A stretch of 40,471 bases of DNA from Candidatus Micrarchaeia archaeon (GTDB lineage: Archaea > Micrarchaeota > Micrarchaeia > Burarchaeales > JACRGF01). The stretch is from positions 1 to 40,471 of the forward strand of contig JAWCPB010000005.1 in assembly GCA_038870455.1 (NCBI GenBank), written 5' to 3'. Numbering within the stretch: the stretch's first letter is position 1; every line of letters begins with the position of its first letter. The notes below the pieces were generated by a model. The model was not told the origin of the DNA. It was given only the letters and a program-made list of their open reading frames with translations, and made no database searches. The translations under genes were made by a program, and so were the position numbers. This document shows, piece by piece, positions 7,407 to 17,135 of the stretch.

Positions 7407-9565
7407 AATGGAGCGAGTTTTTCGCAAAGCTTCTTGCGGCGTTTTTTTACCTGCTCGGCTCCATGCCGCACGTCGTCACCCGCCTTCCCACGGTTCCCGT
7501 CGTTTTTATCCGCATCTTGGCCACTCTGGCGCAGGACGCCGTGAGCGCGCTTTTGCGGATGGAGGAGCTCTTGCGCTACCTGCTCCACAACATGCAGGCC
7601 ATCGTGCTGCTCACGCTGACCGAAGTGCGCTTCATCGCCCGCCAGGGAGTCACCTCCTACCTCATACTGGCCTACCCGGTGGTCGTCATGCTGATACTCG
7701 GCCCCTCGCTTTCCCTCCTCGAGTTCGACAAGGTCAATCTGGCAGTGCTGGAGAACGACACGCGGCTCGCCCGGCTCATCAACGAGAGCGACAGGGCCAT
7801 TCCCCTTATCGCGCCGGACAACGAGTCTCTTGCCAGCGCGGTGCTGAAGGGCAGGGCGCCGGCCGGCGTGCTGACCTCGGTCTCTGGCTACAGGCGCTAT
7901 GTGGAAATAATAGGGGACCCGCTGCAGTTCCGCATCGCCAGTGAGCTCACAACGATAATGGAAAACCAGCTGAGCAACGAGCTGGCGCGCACGGTGGGCC
8001 TGCGCGTCCTAGACATCTACAACAGGACGAACGCCTCCTTCACAGACGTGGAGGAGCGCAGGCAGAAGCTCAAGGAGGCCAGGCAAAGCATCAGACAGTA
8101 TCACGCGCGCCTCGATGACGTGGCTGCCAAGAGGGCGGGGTTCAACGAGTCGGCCCTGCAAGGCGTGCTGGACGGCCTGCGCGCGCAGGGCAGCGCCTCG
8201 CTTGCCAACATCACCGCGCTCGAGCCGCGCATCAGCGCCATGAACTCCACGCTGAAGCTGTTCGACGAGATGATGGGCGAGGTCGATCTCGGCGTGGCCC
8301 GCCTGAAAGACCTCGCGGTGCGCATGGCGGCCCTCAAAGAGCGGGGAGAGCGCACCAACGAGCAGATAAGCATCACGCTCGAAAGGCTCGAACGCATTGA
8401 CCAAAGCCTGCAGGTTTCCATACTGCTCATAGACGCCTACATCGCCCAGAACCCAAACGACCCGAACGCCAGCCAGCTGCTCGAGACACGCGCCCAGCTC
8501 GTCGCCATGCGCGCGGAGATAGCCGCGCTGCGCTCCGAACTCCTCGCCGTGCAGAACGCCATCGAAATTCTCTCGGCAGAGCCTCCGGTGGAGGACCAGC
8601 TTTACGAGGCCGCGGACGTTCTGGAGAGCTTCAGGAGCAAAGGCGGGGTCATCGAGCGGGAGACGAACGCCACGCTCGGCGAATTCTCGGCAGCCTCCTC
8701 GGCCTTGAAGGGCGGGCTGGCCTCCTCCGGGAAGGCGCTCGATGACGCCGGGGCGTACCTTGACAACGCCACGCGCCTGCTGAACTCTACCGACGCGCTG
8801 GTGGCAGGCTTCGCCTCCGACCTTGCGGCGCTCGAGGGCGAGCTCGACAGGAGCGACGCGGTGCTGAACGCGACCACCTCCACCATGCGCGACTTTCTCT
8901 CCGAGAATCCCATTGACCTGATTCCGCCCGTGGTCACCACGCGCTATATCCTTGACCTGCGGCAGATTGACATACTGTTCCCAATAATCGTTGTTCTCGA
9001 CGCGCTTCTGTCGTGCCTGCTGCTGCCGCTCATGATGGGCGTGCGCCTGCGCGCGCAGGGTGCCGAGATGAGGCTGCGCCTGACGGGAACGAGCCAGTTC
9101 GTGCTCGTGCTGGGGCGTTTCTTCGGCGACCTCGCGGTCGGCTCGGTCGTGGTGCTGTTTTTCCTGGTGCTGGGCGTGGCGTTCATAGACATCAAGCTGC
9201 CGCCCGACCCTGTGCCGCTGCTCTACGCGCTTTTCCTCGCTCCGGCCGTATTCACCTCGATGGGCATCCTGCTCTCCGCCTTCATCAGGCGCGAGAGCAC
9301 GGCCATACTCGCGATGCTGCTCGTCACCATCCCGATGCTTTTCCTGAGCGGCGTCATCCTCCCGCTCGAGTTCGTGAGGCAGCCCATGAAAACGCTGGGG
9401 GCGTACTCGCCGCTTTACTTCGCTCACCAGGCGCTCTCTTCGTCGTTGGTGAGGGGGCTTTCGCTGGCCGAGCTGCGGCCCTTCACCGACCCCATCCTGG
9501 CGTACATCAGCCTGTTCCTGGTGGCGGCTTACATCATACAGCGGCATGAGGGAAGCCGCATTTGA
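7403..9565 (+). CDS. ABC-2 permease with long extracellular helical/coiled-coil insert (YhgE/Pip-like architecture)
   Basis: N-terminal TM, ~300-aa heptad-like helical segment, C-terminal multi-TM ABC2 domain (PMLFLSGVILPLE); ATGA coupling to the ATPase. Confidence 0.8.
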   Translation: MKWSEFFAKLLAAFFYLLGSMPHVVTRLPTVPVVFIRILATLAQDAVSALLRMEELLRYLLHNMQAIVLLTLTEVRFIARQGVTSYLILAYPVVVMLILGPSLSLLEFDKVNLAVLENDTRLARLINESDRAIPLIAPDNESLASAVLKGRAPAGVLTSVSGYRRYVEIIGDPLQFRIASELTTIMENQLSNELARTVGLRVLDIYNRTNASFTDVEERRQKLKEARQSIRQYHARLDDVAAKRAGFNESALQGVLDGLRAQGSASLANITALEPRISAMNSTLKLFDEMMGEVDLGVARLKDLAVRMAALKERGERTNEQISITLERLERIDQSLQVSILLIDAYIAQNPNDPNASQLLETRAQLVAMRAEIAALRSELLAVQNAIEILSAEPPVEDQLYEAADVLESFRSKGGVIERETNATLGEFSAASSALKGGLASSGKALDDAGAYLDNATRLLNSTDALVAGFASDLAALEGELDRSDAVLNATTSTMRDFLSENPIDLIPPVVTTRYILDLRQIDILFPIIVVLDALLSCLLLPLMMGVRLRAQGAEMRLRLTGTSQFVLVLGRFFGDLAVGSVVVLFFLVLGVAFIDIKLPPDPVPLLYALFLAPAVFTSMGILLSAFIRRESTAILAMLLVTIPMLFLSGVILPLEFVRQPMKTLGAYSPLYFAHQALSSSLVRGLSLAELRPFTDPILAYISLFLVAAYIIQRHEGSRI

Positions 9566-9569
9566 AGAT

Positions 9570-12500
9570 TCAGGCTTTTGCGACGACTATGGTCGCCGTC
9601 TCTTCCTCTATCTCCCATTCTTTCCTGAGCGCGCCCTCTGCCTTAAGCTCCGGCTTTTCCGACAAAACCAGCGTCTTTGCCTTCACTTCTCTCGCTAGCG
9701 CGCCCCTGTGCTTTTCCAGTATCCCAAGCAGCTCTTTGCCGGCAACGACGTTCGCGGCAATCTCGTCTTTCTCAACTAGCTCCAGTTCTTTCCTCATGAG
9801 CTGTATCCTTCGGGCGACTTCCCTGACCATCGCCTCCTCGAACAGCGCCCGCGACATTTTCGTGTTCAAATACACTTCTCCTCCTTCGAACTCCGCTCTC
9901 GCATAGCCCTCGGGCGGCGTTTCTTCGAAAATTATCATGTCGCGCGTGACGGCCCATTCTTTTCCTACGGCCTTGACGGTGATTGTCTCGCCCGCCTCCA
10001 GCCTTTTCATCGCCTCGCCCGCCTCCAGTTTTTCGATGGCCTCGGCCACGGTTTTCGCGTCTTTCTTGAACACCGGCCTGATAGCAGCCTGCACGGGCTT
10101 CGCGGCGATTTTTTTCGGCACGGCCTCCTCCAGCCTTGTTCTCTTGACGTTCGCGATTTCCTCTATGAGATAAGCGAGCCTCTCGACCGCCCCCCTGACT
10201 TCCGTCGAACCGCTCACGACAATAATCTCCTCGAGCGGCCACCTGAGCTTCACGTCCGCCGCGTTCCTCGCGTTCGCCGCGGCCGCAATGATGCTCCTCG
10301 CAACCTGCATGTGTTTTTCGAGCATGAGGTCCGCCCCGGGCTCTTCCGGAGCCGGCCACGGCTGGAGCGAAACGCTTTCAGCCTTCTCTTTTTCCGCGAA
10401 AACTTCTCTGTAAATCGCTTCGCTTGTGAACGGGATGATGGGTGTTGTGAGCTTGGTCAGGGCGAGCATGCTCTTATAGAGCGCGTCGAGCGCGCCCTCA
10501 GGGTTTCTTCCGCTGGCGATTCTTTTCTTGACTATCTTGAGGTAAAACCTGGAAAGGTCTTCGACGATGAACTCCCTGCATGCCCTCGTCGCCTCGTGGA
10601 TGGCGTAGCTCTCGAAAGCCGCGGTGCATTTCTTGACAAGCGCGCTCAGGCGCGCCAGTAGCCACTGGTCCTCGAGCTCGTACCCCGCGGGCTTCCTCCT
10701 GCCCTCATAAAACCTTTTGAGAAAGACCGAGAGATTCCAGTAGATGGCCAGCGCCCTGTGCGCCTCGGCGAGCTCCTCCCACTTGAACTTGAGGTCCTCC
10801 CACACCACGCTGCCGAGGCTCCACAGGCGGAAGGCGTCCGCGCCGTGCTTGGCCAGCATTTCCTCGAGGGGCACGAAGTTTCCGAGGCTCTTGCTCATCT
10901 TCTCCCCCTTCTCGTCTACGAAAAACCCGTGCATGAGAAGCGACTTGTACGGGATCTCGTTCCCGTAGACTATCCCGGAGCCGAGCAGCGAGTAAAACCA
11001 TCCCCTTATCTGGTCCTTTCCTTCCACGATGAAGTCCGCCGGGTACCATTTCTTTTCTTCTTCCTTGCTGAGCTGCGCCCACACCGCGTTTCCGGAGTCG
11101 AACCACACGTCCAGCACATCAGGCACGCGCGCCATTTCCCCGCCGCACTTTCCGCACTCGAATTTTACCTCATCGACAAACGGCTTGTGCAGCTCCTTCA
11201 CTTCTTTCCCGAGCTCGCTCTTGCTTCCCACCACCTTGACTTCCCCGCATTTTCTGCACACCCAGATAGGCAGGGGTATTCCCCAGTACCTCTGCCTGGA
11301 GATGCACCAGTCCGGCGCGCTCTGCACAAAGTCCTTGAACCATGTCCTCGCGAACTCGGGCTGCCACGCGCACGCGTCGATTTCCTCCATCATCCTGTCC
11401 TTGACTTTGGTTATCGTGATGAACCACTGCTCGGTGGTTATGTAGATGAGCGGGGTCTTGCACCTCCAGCAGTGCGGGTACCTGTGGCGCACCACTCCGG
11501 CATGCACGAGCAGCCCCTTTTCCTCAAGTAGCCTGATGATTTCCTTGTTCGCCTTCCTGACGTTCATCCCGGCGAACTTCCCCGCCTCGCTCGTGTAGTC
11601 CCCGTTCGTTCCCACCGGACAGAACGCCTCTATCCCGTACTGTTTTCCCACGATGAAGTCCTGCGGGCCGTGGCCCGGCGCGGTGTGCACCAGGCCGGTG
11701 CCCTCTGCGAGCGTGACGAATTGGTCGCTCACCACTACGGAATGTTCCCTGCCCTGGTGATATGGCACTTCTTCCGCCAGGGGGTGCTCGTACTTGAGGC
11801 CTTTTATCGCCATTCCGGAGAATTCGTCAAGCACTATCGCGCTCTTCCCGAGCTCGCCCGTCACCGCGAGCACGGCACCGAGCCTCTCCTTCGCCACAAT
11901 CCAGTTCTCCCCGTCGACCTTGGCCCTCACGTACTGGAACGTGGGGTGCGCCATGACCGCCATGTTTCCCACGAGCGTCCAAGGCGTCGTGGTCCATATT
12001 ATGAGGAACTCGTTCTCTCGCCCCTTCACCCTGAACTTGGCATAAACACTGGGGTCGTCCTGCTCGTCGTACTCTAGCTCGTAGTTGGCTATGGTGGTCT
12101 CGCACCTGGGGCAGTACGGCAGGACATACACGCCCTTGTCCAGCAGGTCTTTCTCGTGCGCGGCCTTGAACGTCGCCCACGCGCGTTCTATGTACTCGTC
12201 CCTGTATGTCACGTACGGGTTGTCGAAGTCCATCCACACTCCGAGGGACTTGAACTGCCTGCCCATCACGTCGATGTACTGCGTGGCGAATTTCCTGCAT
12301 TCCTGTACGAAGCGCGCCACCCCGACTTCTTTCTCTATGTCCTTCTTGCTCTTGAGCCTCAGCTCCTGCTCCACCTTCACCTCGATGGGCAGGCCGTGCG
12401 TGTCGTAGCCCGCCTGGTCCCTGACATCAAAGCCGCGCGCCCGCTTGTACCTGCAGGCCGCGTCCTTGATGCACTTGTTCCACGCCGTTCCCGGGTGTAT

Positions 12501-12647
12501 CGTCCCTGTTGCGAACGGCGGCCCGTCGCAGAAGTAGAACTTGGGCCCGCCCGCGTTCTTCTTTTTCACGCTCTCGTAGATTTTTTTCCTCCTCCAGAAC
12601 TCCGCAACCTCTTTTTCCACCTCGCGCGCGTTGTAGCTCATGTTCAT
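9570..12647 (-). CDS. ileS: Isoleucine--tRNA ligase (archaeal type)
   Basis: DGPPFATG-IHPGT, GYDTHGLPIE, WTTTPWT, GTGLVHTAPGHG, DWCISRQRYWGIP, KMSKS; start at 12647 (ATGA overlap) or 12641. Confidence 0.96.
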   Translation of the reverse strand: MNMSYNAREVEKEVAEFWRRKKIYESVKKKNAGGPKFYFCDGPPFATGTIHPGTAWNKCIKDAACRYKRARGFDVRDQAGYDTHGLPIEVKVEQELRLKSKKDIEKEVGVARFVQECRKFATQYIDVMGRQFKSLGVWMDFDNPYVTYRDEYIERAWATFKAAHEKDLLDKGVYVLPYCPRCETTIANYELEYDEQDDPSVYAKFRVKGRENEFLIIWTTTPWTLVGNMAVMAHPTFQYVRAKVDGENWIVAKERLGAVLAVTGELGKSAIVLDEFSGMAIKGLKYEHPLAEEVPYHQGREHSVVVSDQFVTLAEGTGLVHTAPGHGPQDFIVGKQYGIEAFCPVGTNGDYTSEAGKFAGMNVRKANKEIIRLLEEKGLLVHAGVVRHRYPHCWRCKTPLIYITTEQWFITITKVKDRMMEEIDACAWQPEFARTWFKDFVQSAPDWCISRQRYWGIPLPIWVCRKCGEVKVVGSKSELGKEVKELHKPFVDEVKFECGKCGGEMARVPDVLDVWFDSGNAVWAQLSKEEEKKWYPADFIVEGKDQIRGWFYSLLGSGIVYGNEIPYKSLLMHGFFVDEKGEKMSKSLGNFVPLEEMLAKHGADAFRLWSLGSVVWEDLKFKWEELAEAHRALAIYWNLSVFLKRFYEGRRKPAGYELEDQWLLARLSALVKKCTAAFESYAIHEATRACREFIVEDLSRFYLKIVKKRIASGRNPEGALDALYKSMLALTKLTTPIIPFTSEAIYREVFAEKEKAESVSLQPWPAPEEPGADLMLEKHMQVARSIIAAAANARNAADVKLRWPLEEIIVVSGSTEVRGAVERLAYLIEEIANVKRTRLEEAVPKKIAAKPVQAAIRPVFKKDAKTVAEAIEKLEAGEAMKRLEAGETITVKAVGKEWAVTRDMIIFEETPPEGYARAEFEGGEVYLNTKMSRALFEEAMVREVARRIQLMRKELELVEKDEIAANVVAGKELLGILEKHRGALAREVKAKTLVLSEKPELKAEGALRKEWEIEEETATIVVAKA

Positions 12648-13015
12648 CCTTTTTGCTTCAGGAACTCTTCCCTGAACACGAACGCGAGCGGCGGCAGCAC
12701 TGCAAACGCGGCGCCCAGGAAGGCGAGCGTCCTGTTCAGCGCCCCCAGTTTTCCCCACACCGCCGCCGCTGCCAGCAGCGCCGCGACCGCCATGCCGCAG
12801 TACGCGAGCGCAGCGTACGCGCTCTTCAAATGAAACTTTTCCCTGCCGTAATGAACGAGCGCCGCCGAGGCGACCGCAACGCCCGCAAGCGCGAGCGCCC
12901 CCTGCGGCCCGTAGCTTCTCGCGCCCGCGACGTCCAGCACCCACACTCCCGCGAGGAAAAGCGCGCCCACATTGAACACGAAGAGCAGCGATTTCCTCTC
13001 CGCAGCGTCGAACAT
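12644..13015 (-). CDS. Small 4-TM membrane protein of unknown function
   Basis: 123 aa from ATG 13015 with four hydrophobic segments; coupled to ileS. Confidence 0.7.
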   Translation of the reverse strand: MFDAAERKSLLFVFNVGALFLAGVWVLDVAGARSYGPQGALALAGVAVASAALVHYGREKFHLKSAYAALAYCGMAVAALLAAAAVWGKLGALNRTLAFLGAAFAVLPPLAFVFREEFLKQKG

Positions 13016-13027
13016 GCCTATCGGCAG

Positions 13028-13035
13028 TTTTTTAA
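13028..13035. promoter_or_regulatory. TATA-like element between divergent genes
   Basis: TTTTTTAA in the 34-nt gap between starts at 13015 and 13050. Confidence 0.5.
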
Positions 13036-13049
13036 CCAACAAGGAATAT

Positions 13050-13628
13050 ATGGTTTCTGTGAGCTTGCTTTCGGCAGACTTGATTTCTCCTAGTGTGGTC
13101 GTGCGCTTCCAGCCTTTCGGCAACTTCACTTTCGACCTTTTTTTCTTTCTCGTCGCCTCCGTGTTCATCTGGTTCATCGACTTTGTGATAGACTTGGCTC
13201 TTTCCTACGCTCTCCTGCGTTTTCTCTTTAACTACCGGAACATCAACCGCGTTCTCTTTGCGGCTTTCCTGGGCTCGATAGCCGGCTTTGCCATCGACTG
13301 GATTTCCTTCATCAGCTCCATCCTCTTGTCCCCAGAGCCCAGATTCGGCGCGGTCAGCGGCTGGGCTTACATGCTCGTGGCCTTCGGCCTCCTCTTCCTG
13401 GCCTGGTTCGCCCTCGCGAAGTTCCTCCTGCGCCTTGATGCAAAGGCCGACGAAATCGCCTCCTACTACGTCGCTCTCGAGCGCGCGGGCAGGAAGCCTC
13501 CTAAAACAAAGCCTTTAAGCATTAGGGGCTATAGCCTTGTTTGGGAGAGCGCAAGGCCCGCCGTGTTCGGGCTTCTGATGGTTTTTTTCACAAACCCGTT
13601 CTGGCTGCACCTGTTGTTTGGGATTTGA
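13050..13628 (+). CDS. Multi-pass membrane protein of unknown function
   Basis: ATG 13050, 192 aa, 4-5 hydrophobic helices; directly upstream of RFC. Confidence 0.7.
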   Translation: MVSVSLLSADLISPSVVVRFQPFGNFTFDLFFFLVASVFIWFIDFVIDLALSYALLRFLFNYRNINRVLFAAFLGSIAGFAIDWISFISSILLSPEPRFGAVSGWAYMLVAFGLLFLAWFALAKFLLRLDAKADEIASYYVALERAGRKPPKTKPLSIRGYSLVWESARPAVFGLLMVFFTNPFWLHLLFGI

Positions 13629-13638
13629 GTTGGCTCGC

Positions 13639-14604
13639 ATGACGGCATTCGACCTTCCCTGGACCGAGAAATACCGCCCCAAAACCCTCAGCGAGGTCAT
13701 CGGCCAGAAGGAGGTGGTCGAGCGCCTGCAGGCCTATGCAAAGGCAAGGAGCATGCCCAACCTGCTTCTCGCAGGCCCCGCGGGCGTGGGAAAGACCACC
13801 GCCACGCTCGCGCTCGCGCACGACCTGTTCGGCGACGCCTACCGCGACTCCATTTTGGAACTCAATGCGAGCGACGAGAGGGGGATAGACGTGGTCCGCG
13901 GCAAAATCAAGGACTTTGCCCGAACCCTCCCGCTCGCCACCGTCCCCTTCAAGCTCATCTTCCTCGACGAGGCGGATGCGCTCACCCCGGATGCCCAGCA
14001 CGCCCTGCGCAGGACCATGGAGCTCTACTCGCAGGCCACGCGCTTCATTCTCTCCTGCAACTACAGCAGCAAAATCATCGAGCCCATCCAGTCGCGTTGC
14101 GCGCTCTTCCGCCTCAGGCCCCTTTCCGAAGAGGAGATTCGCCAGATGCTGGCGCGCATCGCCAAGGCAGAGAGCCTTCAACTGGCGGACAGCGCGGTCA
14201 AGGCGCTCATCTACGTTTCAGAAGGAGACTTGCGCAAGGCCATCAACGCGCTGCAGGGAGCGGCCATGCTGGCCAAGAAGCTTGATGATGAAGCCATCTT
14301 CAAGATCGCCTCGCGCGCCCGCCCCGCCGAGGTTTCCCAGATGCTTGAGCTCGCGCTCAAGGGGAGTTTCCTGGAAGCGCGCGACCGCCTCGACCATCTC
14401 CTGCTCAAGTATGGCATGAGCGGCGAGGACATCCTCCTCCAGATTTACCGCGAGGTCGTCGCCCTCGGCATTCCCGACAGGATGAAAGTCGCCCTCGTAG
14501 ATAAGATTGGCGAGTACAACTTCCGCATAGTCGAGGGAGCCAACGAGCGCATTCAGCTCGAGGCGCTGCTCGCGCAGATAATGCTCGTCGGACAGGAGAA
14601 GTAG
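13639..14604 (+). CDS. rfcS: Replication factor C small subunit (no intein)
   Basis: [35 protein letters not shown]. Confidence 0.97.
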   Translation: MTAFDLPWTEKYRPKTLSEVIGQKEVVERLQAYAKARSMPNLLLAGPAGVGKTTATLALAHDLFGDAYRDSILELNASDERGIDVVRGKIKDFARTLPLATVPFKLIFLDEADALTPDAQHALRRTMELYSQATRFILSCNYSSKIIEPIQSRCALFRLRPLSEEEIRQMLARIAKAESLQLADSAVKALIYVSEGDLRKAINALQGAAMLAKKLDDEAIFKIASRARPAEVSQMLELALKGSFLEARDRLDHLLLKYGMSGEDILLQIYREVVALGIPDRMKVALVDKIGEYNFRIVEGANERIQLEALLAQIMLVGQEK

Positions 14605-14606
14605 GC

Positions 14607-15473
14607 ATGCCGGAAAAAGTCTATCTCATCCGCTCCGGAGACGCCTATGAGGGCGCCCGCTCGCTCTTGGCCAAACTCCGTTTTTCCCTCAGGAAAAAGC
14701 GCGTGCTCATCAAGCCAAACCTAACCGTAAAAGCATCTCCTCAAAGCGGCATAACACCCGATGTCGGCCTCGGCCGCGCGGTGCTCGAGCGCCTCGAAGA
14801 CTGTGATGTGGTCATAGGCGACGCCGGCACAGAGGACACCGAGGGCGCGCTCGAGGAATTCGGCTGGAACGCGCTCGCGCGCGAGTTCGGCGCGTGCACC
14901 ATGGACCTCAACAAGGATGAGGTCGTGTGGCTTGACATTCCGCATCCCTTTCATGCACGGCGCATTCCATTCGCCAAGACGGCAGTGAGTTGCGATTACC
15001 TCATCAACATCGCCAAACTAAAAATTCATTCGCTGGCAACCGCCACCCTGTGTTTGAAAAACCTCTTCGGCTGCGTTCCCACGCGCAGGCATCGCCTCGT
15101 CCTGCACCCATTTATCGGCAAAGTCACCGCAGACATAGCGCAGGTGATCCGCAGCGACCTCAACCTTGTCGACGGCATCGTGGGCAACGAGCTCGATGAA
15201 GTCGCCCCCCACCCCGTCCGCTCGGGCATCCTGCTGGCTGGCCGCGATGCTCTGGCGGTTGATGTCGTCGGCGCGCGCTGCATGGGCGTGGAGCCCAATG
15301 AAGTTGAATACCTGCGCCTGCTGACAGAACTCCGTGGCCTCAAGCAAATCGAGGTTATCGGCGAGCGCATTGAAGACGTCGCGCAGGCCTACCGCCACAC
15401 CCGCCCGCTCTCCACCTCCCTCCGGTACGCCTACGAACGCGCGTTGAGCTTCCTCTACAGAAAGCTCGGCTGA
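14607..15473 (+). CDS. DUF362 family protein (putative Fe-S binding)
   Basis: VLIKPN, INIAKLKIH, TLCLKNLFG, DG, D.LAVD motifs. Confidence 0.85.
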   Translation: MPEKVYLIRSGDAYEGARSLLAKLRFSLRKKRVLIKPNLTVKASPQSGITPDVGLGRAVLERLEDCDVVIGDAGTEDTEGALEEFGWNALAREFGACTMDLNKDEVVWLDIPHPFHARRIPFAKTAVSCDYLINIAKLKIHSLATATLCLKNLFGCVPTRRHRLVLHPFIGKVTADIAQVIRSDLNLVDGIVGNELDEVAPHPVRSGILLAGRDALAVDVVGARCMGVEPNEVEYLRLLTELRGLKQIEVIGERIEDVAQAYRHTRPLSTSLRYAYERALSFLYRKLG

Positions 15474-15481
15474 GGATTTTC

Positions 15482-16525
15482 CTACGAAATCCTGAACCTC
15501 AGCAGGCCGGCTAGGCCTCCGAGGCTCGCCAGCTGCCTTCCCGCGTCGTTCTCGGAAGAAAAAATCGTCGTCTTTACGCCCTTCCGCTCGCCCTCCTCAA
15601 TTATTTTTTCAACTTCCTTGTCCTTTCGCAACAACTCGTCGAGAACAAACAACTCTGCAATCGCTCCGTACTCGCTCGCTTTTCTCACCTCCTCTTTTCC
15701 ATACGCCGCCAGCCCGCTTTCCCTCCTCAGCTCGGCCAGCAGCTTTTCAATCAGCTCGAACTCTTTTGCAACCCTCTCTTCTTTTACAATCTCCGCGAGC
15801 ACGCCTGACTTGAGCAGCTCGACCACGCCGCTCCTCTCCGCCGTGGAGCACGAGGCGAACCGGATGTGCTTCACAAGGTCGGGGTATCTCTCCGCGATGA
15901 ACTGCTTCAGGTTCTCTTTCGCGAAACCCGGCCCGGCAACAACAAGCGTGTGCTTGCTCCCGGAAAGTTTTTTCGCAACCTCCCCGTAATACGCCCTCGT
16001 CTTCTCCTCTCTCTTCTCATCCCTCTTCCCGCCCGCAGTATTCTCAATCTCGAACTCGTACTCTATCCCATACCCGCGCAGTTTTGCGAAAGTCGCTTTC
16101 TCCTCATCCAGCACAACGATTTGCAGCAAAGGCCTTTTAGTCTCGGCCTGCGCCTCCCTCAGCCTTTTTACTTGGTAGTCCCTCCAACCCTGCAGTTTCC
16201 TTATCTTCACCGGCCTGCCAAGCTCCAAGTCCAGCGTGTGGTAAGAACCAATCTGCACGAATTCCTCTGGATAACCCGCTTTTATTTTGCCTGTCACCCT
16301 CAGCCTGTTCGCGTGCCTGGCAAACTCAACCTTCTCTGCAGCCAGCTGTATGGTCACGGCCTCCTTTTCTCCGCTCTCGCCCTCCTCGAGCTTGTACCTC
16401 CGCAGGCTCTTTCCCTCGACGACATCCCCAGGCTCGAGCACCCTCTCAAGATGCCACAGGTCCTCGAGGTTCTCTGGCACTGCCTTGAGCTCGCCCTCCT
16501 TCTTGTCGAAGTGGATTATCCTCAT
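15482..16525 (-). CDS. pelA: Pelota/Dom34 ribosome rescue factor
   Basis: ENLEDLWHL, RLRVTG, GSYHTL, AGPGFAK, LGGLAGLLRF; start ATG 16525. Confidence 0.96.
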   Translation of the reverse strand: MRIIHFDKKEGELKAVPENLEDLWHLERVLEPGDVVEGKSLRRYKLEEGESGEKEAVTIQLAAEKVEFARHANRLRVTGKIKAGYPEEFVQIGSYHTLDLELGRPVKIRKLQGWRDYQVKRLREAQAETKRPLLQIVVLDEEKATFAKLRGYGIEYEFEIENTAGGKRDEKREEKTRAYYGEVAKKLSGSKHTLVVAGPGFAKENLKQFIAERYPDLVKHIRFASCSTAERSGVVELLKSGVLAEIVKEERVAKEFELIEKLLAELRRESGLAAYGKEEVRKASEYGAIAELFVLDELLRKDKEVEKIIEEGERKGVKTTIFSSENDAGRQLASLGGLAGLLRFRIS

Positions 16526-16542
16526 GGTTAAATAGGAAGTTG

Positions 16543-16558
16543 TTTTAATAAATAAAAA
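16543..16558. promoter_or_regulatory. TATA-like AT-rich element between divergent pelota and archaemetzincin genes
   Basis: TTTTAATAAATAAAAA in a GC-rich background. Confidence 0.55.
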
Positions 16559-16601
16559 GGCGTGATTCCAGACCAGCTGCGGCTTCCTCCCTTGTGAGTT
16601 C

Positions 16602-17135
16602 ATGTCCCCTCGCATCGCGCTCGTGTGGATGAACAGGCCCATTCCATACTTGCATCACCTGACTCTCGCGCTCGAAAAATCCTTCCCGGGCTGCAGGCTC
16701 GAAATTCATGAGGCTGCTTTCTTCACCCAGTCATTTGACTCTTCACGCAAGCAATACAATGCCGAAATGCTCCTCGGCGAGCTCGCTGAAAAAAGGCAGC
16801 GGGCGACTTGGCAGAAGGCGGACAAGGTGCTTGCCATCGTGCGCGAGGACCTGTTCGTCCCAAACCTGAACTTCGTCTTCGGCCTCGCCGGAAACAAGTA
16901 TGCGGTCGTCTCGCTCGCGCGCCTCGACCCGCGCTTCTACGGGCGAGAAGACGGCGACATTCTCAGAGAACGCATGATTAAGGAAGCCATTCACGAGCTC
17001 GGGCACGCCTTCGGCCTGCAGCACTGCGGCGACCGGCAGTGCGTCATGTCCTTCAGCAACACCATCGGCGAAGTGGATGATAAAACAAGCGAGTTCTGCC
17101 AGAGCTGCAGGGCACGGCTGGCGCTTACCGCCTGA
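16602..17135 (+). CDS. amzA: Archaemetzincin zinc metalloprotease
   Basis: NFVFGLA, KEAIHELGHAFGLQHC, CVMSFS (Met-turn), FCQSC. Confidence 0.93.
   Translation: MSPRIALVWMNRPIPYLHHLTLALEKSFPGCRLEIHEAAFFTQSFDSSRKQYNAEMLLGELAEKRQRATWQKADKVLAIVREDLFVPNLNFVFGLAGNKYAVVSLARLDPRFYGREDGDILRERMIKEAIHELGHAFGLQHCGDRQCVMSFSNTIGEVDDKTSEFCQSCRARLALTA

Noticed and set aside
8009-9547. 512-aa antisense ORF, plus many other long overlapping ORFs (e.g. 54-992, 10758-11531, 35941-36813)
   Set aside because: Shadow frames of GC-rich genes with no recognisable motifs; the opposite or alternative frame has a clear family assignment
12648-12944. Apparent 99-aa N-terminal extension of IleRS
   Set aside because: Overlaps the upstream membrane protein in another frame; ATGA coupling marks 12647 as the start
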